NCBI GenBank assembly: GCA_016867265.1 | Contig: VGJW01000008.1 | Location: 66,552-130,551, forward strand | Reading direction: 5' to 3' | Origin: Candidatus Tanganyikabacteria bacterium | Lineage (GTDB): Bacteria > Cyanobacteriota > Sericytochromatia > S15B-MN24 > VGJW01 | Length of the DNA stretch: 64,000 nucleotides | In this document: piece after piece, positions 36,244-44,351 of the stretch | How positions within the stretch are numbered: the first letter of the stretch is position 1 | How the letters are laid out: each line of letters begins with the position of its first letter | Translations under genes and position numbers: made by a program | Notes under the pieces: generated by a model | What the model was told of the DNA's origin: nothing | The model's database searches: none | What the model saw: the letters and a program-made list of their open reading frames with translations, nothing else

Positions 36244-37785
36244 ATGCCCCGACGCCTCGAACCACCGACCGGCACCGATCGGCACGGCCGCCCCTTGGCA
36301 CGGACCGTCCTCGTGCTGGCAGGATCTCTGGCGGTCGGCCCGATTCTGGGGTCGATGCCCGCCTCTGCTGCCGAAGGCCCCAAGGCCGCTTCCCTGACGG
36401 ACGTGCCGCCGAACCACTGGGCCTACAACGCCATCAAGGTGCTCATGGAGCGCTACCGCATCATGGGCAGCTTCCCCGACAACACCTTCCGGGGCGAGAA
36501 GGCGGTCAACCGCTACGAACTGGCCGCCATCCTGGCCTTGGTCATGGACCGTGTCAACGCCCGGGGCGACGAGCGCCTGACCGATGCCAACCGCGCCCTT
36601 GTCGACAAACTCGCCGTCGAATTCCGCACCGAACTTGCGGCGCGGGCCACCATGCAGGATCGCCTCACCCAGCTCGAGAAGCAACAGGGCGAACTGACCA
36701 GCCAGCTGACGGAGCTCAAACAGCAGATCGGCGGGACCAACAAGGTGTCGGCCCATGTCGACAGCTCGATCATCGACGACCCGGAAGACAAGCTGTACCC
36801 GCACTGGACCAGCTCGACCCGGGTCGGCTTTTCGGGCAAGGTCAACGACATCACGACGGCGACCTTCGGCATCGGCGGCGGTTATGGCGCCCGGCAGACC
36901 AGCGTCTCTCCCGCCATCGCGGGTGCCTCGAAGCCACCCGCCGGCGAGATGCGCCTGTCGGGCACAGCCGCCTTCACCACCAAGCTCAACAGCGACCAGA
37001 CGTTGACGACCCGATTCGGCTCATTTGGCCTGGGCGCCCTGATGAACCTCAAGGGCTACGCCAGCCACTGGGGGGACGGGCTGATCGGTTCCGGCCTCGC
37101 GGAACCCTCCGGCTATGTCTCGCGCGGCGGCCGAGATCAGGGCTTCGCGTACAAGCTCGACAACGCCGGCCTGTCGTTGGCGGCTGGCGTGAACTCGTAC
37201 CTGATGGCCGCCTACGTGGGCTACGACTTCGGCATCGGGGACGTCAACGTCATCGGCGACTTCGACCACAACAGCATCGGTGCCGTAACCCTGCCCCAGG
37301 CGCAGGCCTTCGCCGTGTCCTCGGCCCTGAACCTGGGCTCGGAGCAACTGGGCCTGCAGGTCCAGGGCGGTGTCCGCGGCAGCCTGAGCCCCAATGGCAT
37401 CCTGCAGAACATGACAACGGCGGCGGGCGCCCAGGCCGTCGCCAATGTCTGGGGCATGGAGGTTGCCGGCGGCGCCGGCCTCAAGCAAGGTCCCGAAAAA
37501 ACCAACACCACCCTGCAGCTTCAGCCGGCCGCCTACGTCTTCCGGCCTGCGGACGGCTGGGTACCCTCGGTCCTGCTCGGCACGACGACCCCGTTCACGC
37601 TGGCAGGAAAGAAAACAGGTGAGGGTTCGCTGCTGGGTGACAAGGCGGGCTGGACCGTCCAGTTGGGCATCGACAACCCGATCCTGCCCAACTTGGTGGT
37701 CGAGGCCAGCCTGCAGCAGGACATCCTTTTCGGTAGCAAGTACGACGGCTGGGCCTACGCCATCTTCAGCGGGGTGGACTTCTGA
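36244..37785 (+). CDS. SLH domain + coiled coil + beta-barrel outer-membrane porin (cyanobacterial SomA/OmpM-like architecture)
   Basis: LTDVPPNHWAYNAI...FPDNTFRGEKAVNRYELAA; coiled coil; amphipathic strands; terminal Phe. Confidence 0.85.
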   Translation: MPRRLEPPTGTDRHGRPLARTVLVLAGSLAVGPILGSMPASAAEGPKAASLTDVPPNHWAYNAIKVLMERYRIMGSFPDNTFRGEKAVNRYELAAILALVMDRVNARGDERLTDANRALVDKLAVEFRTELAARATMQDRLTQLEKQQGELTSQLTELKQQIGGTNKVSAHVDSSIIDDPEDKLYPHWTSSTRVGFSGKVNDITTATFGIGGGYGARQTSVSPAIAGASKPPAGEMRLSGTAAFTTKLNSDQTLTTRFGSFGLGALMNLKGYASHWGDGLIGSGLAEPSGYVSRGGRDQGFAYKLDNAGLSLAAGVNSYLMAAYVGYDFGIGDVNVIGDFDHNSIGAVTLPQAQAFAVSSALNLGSEQLGLQVQGGVRGSLSPNGILQNMTTAAGAQAVANVWGMEVAGGAGLKQGPEKTNTTLQLQPAAYVFRPADGWVPSVLLGTTTPFTLAGKKTGEGSLLGDKAGWTVQLGIDNPILPNLVVEASLQQDILFGSKYDGWAYAIFSGVDF

Positions 37786-38525
37786 GGCAACGCCCGGGTC
37801 CTGCAAGGTGGGCCGCCCTGCCGGCAGCCCTGCTCGTTGGCTGTGCGGGCTCAGGCCCGGCGTTGCCTGCGGGTGCGCTGGGTGGCAAGCTGACCTACAT
37901 GGACCGGCCAGCCCCGGGCAAGCGGGTTTCGCTGCTGGCCCGCAAGGGTGACGCCTGGGTGGATGCGACGGGCGCGGACGGCAATCCCCTGACAGCCCAG
38001 GCCGACGGGGCCGGCATCTACCACTTTCCCGCGCTGCCCGGGAGCACCTACCGCGTGGTCTACCTGGCCCAGGAAGTGCCCGACGGCAATGGCGCACCCC
38101 TGCCTTCGCGGGAGGTCGCGGCCTGGAACAGCGCCGACGTGACGCATAGGACGGGCGGCACCTCGACGGTGCCCGACATCGAGGTGACCTACAACGGCCT
38201 TGTCTATCCGGACACGGGCCAGTCCTACCCGGTCGCCACCGAACTGCCCCTGCCATTCCACTGGGCGACCCACCGGCACGGCCGTCGCTACCGCCTGATC
38301 GTCTACGGCAACCGCGAGGGCCGTCCCCCGGCGTTCTACCAAGGGCCCTGGACCGACACCCCGTCGGCCGTCCTCGCACAGGAAGCCCAGCCGGACCTCT
38401 ACGCCTGGGAAGTCTTCATCGACGCAGGCCCGAACGGCGAAGGTCGATCCGGGCGTCGCAATCTGGACCTCAAGCCACCGGCCCAGGCAGACCCGCCGGC
38501 CGAGGAGCCAGCCCCGGAACCTTAG
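37782..38525 (+). CDS. Lipoprotein with Cna-B/carboxypeptidase-regulatory-like domain (probable CTG start)
   Basis: In-frame RWAALPAALLVG-C lipobox upstream of the track's TTG; ADGAGIYHFPALPGSTYRVVY. Confidence 0.65.
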   Translation: MRQRPGPARWAALPAALLVGCAGSGPALPAGALGGKLTYMDRPAPGKRVSLLARKGDAWVDATGADGNPLTAQADGAGIYHFPALPGSTYRVVYLAQEVPDGNGAPLPSREVAAWNSADVTHRTGGTSTVPDIEVTYNGLVYPDTGQSYPVATELPLPFHWATHRHGRRYRLIVYGNREGRPPAFYQGPWTDTPSAVLAQEAQPDLYAWEVFIDAGPNGEGRSGRRNLDLKPPAQADPPAEEPAPEP

Positions 38526-39232
38526 CCGCGAGATCCGGGGCGCTTGCGAAGCCCCCTCTGGCGGCGCCGGATGTCCGGCCATACGCGGACGGCGGCCAGA
38601 CCGACGAGGAAGCCGCCGATATGGGCCCACCAGGCAACACCTCCACCCGTTGCCGAGGCGGCCTCGAGCCGCGAGACCGTCGCCGAGAAGGCCTGCACCA
38701 CGAACCACCACCCCAGGAACCACCACGCCCGGATCTTGGGGAAAAGGATGAAGATGCCCAGCAGCAGCAGGGTTCGGACACGTGCGTCGGGAAACAACAC
38801 CATGTAGAGGCCCAGGACCCCGGCAATGGCGCCGGAGGCCCCGATGATGGGCACCTCCGAGCCGGTCTCGAGGAGGGCCTGCGCCACGAAGGCAAGGGCG
38901 CCCGCTGCCAGATAGAAGAAGAAATAGCGAGCGTGACCCAGGCGGCCCTCGACGTTGTCCCCGAAGACGAAGAGGAACCACATGTTGCCAAGCAGGTGAA
39001 GCCAGCCGCCGTGCAGAAAAATGGCCGTCACGAGGGTTCCGAGGCCGTCGGCGCGCCCTCGCGCGAGCGCCCCCCAGAATGCGGCGGGCACGACACCGTG
39101 CCGCATCATCGCGCCTTCCAGGGCCTCACCGAGCTGGACTTGCCAAAGGAACACCCCGGTCGTCAGCAGGATCAGGCCCAGGTTGACGAACGCGAAGCGC
39201 TCCGAGGGCAGGTCATCCTTGATGGGAAACAT
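38522..39232 (-). CDS. Rhomboid intramembrane serine protease
   Basis: FLHGGWLHLLGNM, FGDNVE, GASGAIAG, AWWAHIGG. Confidence 0.95.
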   Translation of the reverse strand: MFPIKDDLPSERFAFVNLGLILLTTGVFLWQVQLGEALEGAMMRHGVVPAAFWGALARGRADGLGTLVTAIFLHGGWLHLLGNMWFLFVFGDNVEGRLGHARYFFFYLAAGALAFVAQALLETGSEVPIIGASGAIAGVLGLYMVLFPDARVRTLLLLGIFILFPKIRAWWFLGWWFVVQAFSATVSRLEAASATGGGVAWWAHIGGFLVGLAAVRVWPDIRRRQRGLRKRPGSRG

Positions 39233-39241
39233 GATCGATGG

Positions 39242-41104
39242 TCAGCGGAACGAGCCCGTTGCCTGGAGATGCGAGCCCGTTCGCGTGAAGGAATCGTCCG
39301 AGGACAAGTAGTACTCGTTCCCCTCCTTGGGGCCGGTCCAGACGTTGGCACCATCGGCCGCATCGCCCCGGGGCCAGACCTCGAAGTAACCGTGGCGATC
39401 GATGAAGCCCGAGGTCGAAGAAACGATGCTGTTGGGTGAGTCGACGAGCCGCTCGCTGGGACTGGGTGTCTGGCCGGGCGGCGGGCTCCGCACGAGCGGA
39501 GGCTCGAGCAGCGGATTGACGAAAGGCGTGCGGCGCCAGCGCCACTTGGTGCGGTCCGCCGGGTTGGCGCGGTCATAGGACAACCAGATGAAGTTGGTAT
39601 TGGCCTCGACGTAGGCCATGGTGGTGTTGGTCTTGTCGGGGCGAGCGTCCTCCCACAGATAGAAGAACGTTTGCATGGGCGGCGCGCGGAAGGTATTCAG
39701 GGTGCCGTCGGGATAGTAGTACTCCTGCATGTCGCCGGGAGCGGGAGTGACCGGGACCGAGCCCGATTGGTAGGCGCCGTGGCTCGCCAGCATGTAGCCC
39801 CGGTTGCCGTCCGCGCGGAACACCTGGCCCGAGATCGTCGAGCCCGCGGCCAGACTCCGGCCGACATTGTCGAGCACGCCCGGATACCAATTGAAGTCAG
39901 GCGGGACCGTATTGGCACCCAGCTCCGTCTCGACCGACTCACGGGAGACATTGAGGGCCTTGAGCTCCATGCCCCCGCTCGAGATATAGATGTACTTGCC
40001 CGTAATCTCCGAAGGCTTGAAGGACTTCGTGTCGCCCTTGCCGTCGACACGGCCTTCGGTGACGGCAGCCAGGTAGAAACGCAGCAGGCGGTCCGAGCGG
40101 CGCTGGTCGACATCCAGGGTCGCAGCGTCCCCAGCCAGGTACTCCCGCAGGTCCAGCCGACAGTAGACCGCCACCCGGCTGCCGCTGGGCATCTGGTAGA
40201 TCTTCTTGTAGAACGGGGTGTCCAGCAGGTTCATGTCTGCCGGGTACTCCGCAACCCGATTGGGCCATTGCTCGCCCGTGGGCCTGTAGGTCGACTCGGG
40301 CGGGATGTACTTGGCCTCGATCGGGGTGGGCGAAGGCCCCGGCACGGTCGGCGCCGGCGTCGCGGGCAACCCCGTCTTCGCCGCCCCGGCCGTCACCGGA
40401 AGCAGTTGCTCGTACCAGAAGCTGTGCTTGACGGCCTTCTGGCCATCGCGCGGATCGCCTCCCATGCTGACGGTCGTCATGTAAGCTTCAGAGGGGAACA
40501 TCGCGCCGGTCTTCGCGTCCTTGCGCTGGGCGATGATGACGGGGAAGGGCTGCGCACCCACGCCTTCTCCCGTGTACCAATCGTCATCGATGCTGCTGTC
40601 CCGGGGCACCAGGCGCCAATACCGTGTCAGCGCGGGGAAGTCCTTGTTCGCGGGATTCCAAGTGCCCTTGTAGGTCTGCCAGTCGCAGAAAGCAGGCCAG
40701 TTCCGGGGATTGCCCAGCAAGGTCAGCTGCAGCAACGGCCGGTGGCGGAGCATCGCGGCCTCGGTCTGGGCCGGGAACTCGGGATTGATGTCGAGTTCGG
40801 AAAAAGTCCGGGTGGTATCAGCGGAATAATGGCCGGCTTGCACCGCGGGGCTGAAGGTACCGTTGACGGTCCAGAACGCCAGCAGCATCTTGTCCATGCC
40901 CGTCAGGATTTCGGTCTCGGCAAAGCGCAACGCGAGGTCGGCATCCTCGCGCGAGGCCAACTGGCGTGCGACGTTGCGGCCTACCTTCTGGTCGGTGAGC
41001 ACGCGCAGCACCACGGCCGTCACCAGCCCGGTCATGACCACCGAGATGACAATGGCGAAGACCAAAGCGAAACCCCGGGCCTGCGCCGTACGGGCACGCG
41101 TCAC
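39242..41104 (-). CDS. PilX-like large minor pilin/adhesin
   Basis: Class III signal RG|FALVFAIVISVVM lacking Glu5, as in PilX/GspK. Confidence 0.7.
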   Translation of the reverse strand: MTRARTAQARGFALVFAIVISVVMTGLVTAVVLRVLTDQKVGRNVARQLASREDADLALRFAETEILTGMDKMLLAFWTVNGTFSPAVQAGHYSADTTRTFSELDINPEFPAQTEAAMLRHRPLLQLTLLGNPRNWPAFCDWQTYKGTWNPANKDFPALTRYWRLVPRDSSIDDDWYTGEGVGAQPFPVIIAQRKDAKTGAMFPSEAYMTTVSMGGDPRDGQKAVKHSFWYEQLLPVTAGAAKTGLPATPAPTVPGPSPTPIEAKYIPPESTYRPTGEQWPNRVAEYPADMNLLDTPFYKKIYQMPSGSRVAVYCRLDLREYLAGDAATLDVDQRRSDRLLRFYLAAVTEGRVDGKGDTKSFKPSEITGKYIYISSGGMELKALNVSRESVETELGANTVPPDFNWYPGVLDNVGRSLAAGSTISGQVFRADGNRGYMLASHGAYQSGSVPVTPAPGDMQEYYYPDGTLNTFRAPPMQTFFYLWEDARPDKTNTTMAYVEANTNFIWLSYDRANPADRTKWRWRRTPFVNPLLEPPLVRSPPPGQTPSPSERLVDSPNSIVSSTSGFIDRHGYFEVWPRGDAADGANVWTGPKEGNEYYLSSDDSFTRTGSHLQATGSFR

Positions 41105-42075
41105 AAGGAACCTCCCTGGGGCAGGGGAACATTGCGGGCGAAGGCATACCCCTCGACCACCACGCCGTCGAGCGGCTCGCCGTCGCCATCCCTCTGGTTG
41201 CCCCCCGGAAGGGCGGGGCGGTTGGGATCACCGGCCATGAAGTTCCAGGCCACCTCATAGGGGCTGAGCACGTTCGAGTTGGCCGCAGGATGGTCCAGCA
41301 GCAGGCGGAAGAGCGTCTTCACGCCCTCCGGGGCGTAGACGGGCACATCCGCCGCAGACTCGCCCGGCACCACCGTCGCAAGCACCAGGGCCTGGGTCGG
41401 CTGGCACGTCAGGGATGCTGCCGCGTTCGCAGAGCCCGTCCAGTGATCGCCATTCAGCGTGGTGGCAGCCGCAACGAAGCGCACATTATGCTGCGGCAGG
41501 GGGCCGCCGGCCGTCCGGTAGTTCACGTTCATCCGGAACTGCTCGCCCGTCGCGGTGTTGATGGTGCCCGAGCAGGCCATCGACAGCCGGACCATCCGGT
41601 TCCACAGGCCCGTCCCGTCGCGCTCCGCCGCCGTCGGGTTCCGGGGATTGACGGGCCCGTTCGTCCGCATGTAGGCCACGAAGATCGGTGTTTCCATGGT
41701 GCCTTGCATCAGGACCAGCACATCCGTGGGCAACCCGTTGGAGAGCTTACCCGACCGCAACTCGTCGCCCCACGCGGCGGGAATCGTGGTCTGCCCGCCC
41801 GATGGCAACCAGTTGGCCAACGACTGGCCGCCGACCTTGACGCCGGCATCCACGGTCACACGGGTCGAATGATAGATGTACCGGGCCACGCGAATGTCCT
41901 CGCCCAGGCGAATGGTTGCGAAGCGGGACTGCCCCAGTGCCGAGGACTTGGCATTGACCTTGGCCGCATAAGCACCCCAGCGACGCGTCAACTCGAACGA
42001 GGTCGCCACGACGATGGAAAAAACGACGATGCCCGAAACCAGTTCGACGAGCGTGAAGCCCCTGCGCCTGCTCAT
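41101..42075 (-). CDS. PilW-like minor pilin
   Basis: MSRRRG|FTLVELV; RLGEDIRVA. Confidence 0.8.
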   Translation of the reverse strand: MSRRRGFTLVELVSGIVVFSIVVATSFELTRRWGAYAAKVNAKSSALGQSRFATIRLGEDIRVARYIYHSTRVTVDAGVKVGGQSLANWLPSGGQTTIPAAWGDELRSGKLSNGLPTDVLVLMQGTMETPIFVAYMRTNGPVNPRNPTAAERDGTGLWNRMVRLSMACSGTINTATGEQFRMNVNYRTAGGPLPQHNVRFVAAATTLNGDHWTGSANAAASLTCQPTQALVLATVVPGESAADVPVYAPEGVKTLFRLLLDHPAANSNVLSPYEVAWNFMAGDPNRPALPGGNQRDGDGEPLDGVVVEGYAFARNVPLPQGGSL

Positions 42076-43058
42076 TGGCCCAGCATCCGTCCCGAAATGA
42101 CGACCGAGGCGCTGGCCAGCTCCTTCTCGACCTTGCCGCCCGAGACGAAGCCCCAGTCCCCGGCATAGCTCTTGGCCGGATAGGTTCGCGCGACCAGAAT
42201 GCGCGTCAGGCATTCGGTGAACTCGCTGCGGAAGCCACCGGTAGCAGGACGTCCGGCCCGACTGTCATAGACGAACAGGCGCCCCGTATCCAGGAGGCCG
42301 GACGTCCGCGGGGAGCCGATGGCGGAATCGGCCAGCAACGCATAGGCCTCGGCAGAGATACCGGTAGACGGCAGGACGCCCGAGACGTCGGCACCGACAT
42401 GGATGGCGTTGGCTGACTCGGATATCCCGGACAATCTGTTCGCTCCGCTGTCGACCCGGCGCATGGCCGCCTCGGACAGGCCGAAACATTGCAGTCGGAC
42501 CACGTAGCGCACGCCGGTGGGGTCCGCGAGCGACGACGCGAAATCTGCCTGGTCATCCACGAGGGCAGAAAGTTCGCGGCCGGAGTTGTTGAACTTGAAG
42601 ACCGTACCGAAAGGAGTCTCGTTGAACCACGAACCGTAGAGATTGTCGACATTCAAGACGAGTGCGCCTCCGACCACTTTCGTGGGGATGGCGGCCAGCG
42701 CCCGGTTCGCCGGGGCCTCGATAGGGCGCCCATTGTCCGGGAACAGGTCGAAGAAGTACTGGGTGACCTGAGCGCCCTGCCGCTGCAGGCGATAGGCGCG
42801 GCCATAGCGCTGACCCTCGGTCATGAAAGCCAGGGAAGTCTCGGTGGCCAAATCCGCGAGGATGGTATCCAGAACACGATCGGCCAGGCTCTGCGCGTAG
42901 GGGCCTTCCATGGTCTTGGTGCCCGTCTTGGAGAAGCTCATCAGCAGCTGGGCCATGGAGCTCAGGATGATGCCCATGACGGCCGCGGCCACGAGGTTCT
43001 CGACGAGCGTGAAGCCCCGTGCCCGCCACCGCGGGGTAGAGCAGCCCGAAGATCGCAT
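42072..43058 (-). CDS. PilV-like minor pilin
   Basis: RG|FTLVENLVAAAVMGIIL. Confidence 0.8.
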   Translation of the reverse strand: MRSSGCSTPRWRARGFTLVENLVAAAVMGIILSSMAQLLMSFSKTGTKTMEGPYAQSLADRVLDTILADLATETSLAFMTEGQRYGRAYRLQRQGAQVTQYFFDLFPDNGRPIEAPANRALAAIPTKVVGGALVLNVDNLYGSWFNETPFGTVFKFNNSGRELSALVDDQADFASSLADPTGVRYVVRLQCFGLSEAAMRRVDSGANRLSGISESANAIHVGADVSGVLPSTGISAEAYALLADSAIGSPRTSGLLDTGRLFVYDSRAGRPATGGFRSEFTECLTRILVARTYPAKSYAGDWGFVSGGKVEKELASASVVISGRMLGQ

Positions 43059-43138
43059 GGCTGCATCGTTCCCCCCCAGTCAAGCCTCGTAACGGGCGGG
43101 CCGGCCTTGCCCCTTCGGGCATCCCGGGCGCCCGGGAG

Positions 43139-43621
43139 TTGCATTGCCACGCGGACGCCCTCCTGCTGCTGCGGCGCGGGCCGTACGGCCTCCGGGTGGT
43201 GGCCATTCCCCGGGACACCTGGCTGGCCCCGCTCGGCACCAAGGCCAACGGTGCGACATGGCGCCTTCCGCCCCGGGCGGCTCGGCTGGCGCTCGGCCGG
43301 GCCATCGGAGTCCGGATCGACGGCCATGTCGTGTTGACGATGGAGGGTGTGCAGCGCGCCGTGGACCTGATGGGCGGCATCGATGCGAATGTGCCGCACC
43401 CCCTGCGTGATGCCGACCGGACGGCCGGCCGGGAAATCGACCTGCCTGTCGGCCGCCAGCGCTTGGACGGGCGACGAGCGGTCCAATGGCTACGCTACAG
43501 GGGCCAAGGCTCGGACCTCGACCGCATGCGTCGCCTCGCGGAGTTGGCCCCCCAGCTGATCCGCGGCCTGCCCGGACCCGCAGGGCTCCTGGCCAGGGCC
43601 AGGCGTTTGGCTGGCACCTAG
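43139..43621 (+). pseudogene. LytR-CpsA-Psr (LCP) domain fragment, truncated or minimal
   Basis: ADALLL, AIPRDT, AVDLMGGI, LDGRRAVQWLRYR, SDLDRMRR; no TM anchor or first strand; in-frame stop at 43037. Confidence 0.55.
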
Positions 43622-43780
43622 GCCTGCGACGAGCCCATCTACGAATGGGGAGGCTGGTGCGCCGCGGGCCGAAGAGGCGTCACGTGGCGAATTTGGCCGG
43701 GCAGGGCCGCGCGTGGGCGGCCGCTGGGTGTGGCTGGGCGAGACCGAGGGCCTCGGGCGCCTGCTGGACCGCGAGGCGGA

Positions 43781-44287
43781 TCAGTCCAAGTAGAAGCTGG
43801 TGACGACCTTGTGCTTTTCCTGGGCGTATTTCACGGAGTCCATGAGGGTCGTGCTGCTGTGGTAGAGGAAGCAGATGAGCTGCTGGCAGGAGTCGATGAT
43901 CTCCTGGTTGCACATCTGCGAGGCCTGAGCCAGCGTCAGCAACCTGCGCTCCGCGTGCTCGCGGACTGCGGGCAGCGCCTGCAGAAGCTCCTGGCTCTCG
44001 GAGGACTGCTGGGAGAGCGTCTGGGGCAGAACGACCTGGAGGTTGCCCGGATTGGCACGCTGCACGCCCTTGATGACGGCCGAGTTCGTGCCGGCAGCGC
44101 CACTCGTGATGATGGTGTTGCCCGTGAGGGCGAGGGCGTAGGCCAACATCTCGATGAGCTGCTGGTGAGTCAGCGAGATGTGTCGGGTGCCGAGGATGGC
44201 GATCTTCTTGGCTCCAGACGTCTGAATCGTCTGAAGCTCTGCCATGAAGGCGTCCACGGTGGCGGGAACCTGGATCGAAGTATCCAT
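43781..44287 (-). CDS. Short SLOG/DprA-like protein of the conserved cyanobacterial type
   Basis: KIAILGTRH, ITSGAAGTNSAVI, VVLPQTL, ASQMCNQEII, VTSFYLD. Confidence 0.8.
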   Translation of the reverse strand: MDTSIQVPATVDAFMAELQTIQTSGAKKIAILGTRHISLTHQQLIEMLAYALALTGNTIITSGAAGTNSAVIKGVQRANPGNLQVVLPQTLSQQSSESQELLQALPAVREHAERRLLTLAQASQMCNQEIIDSCQQLICFLYHSSTTLMDSVKYAQEKHKVVTSFYLD

Positions 44288-44351
44288 GCGCGGTCGGGAC
44301 CTGCTGACGTTGGCGTGCCGTTCTGGTGACGCATGCTAGCATGGGGGTCCC

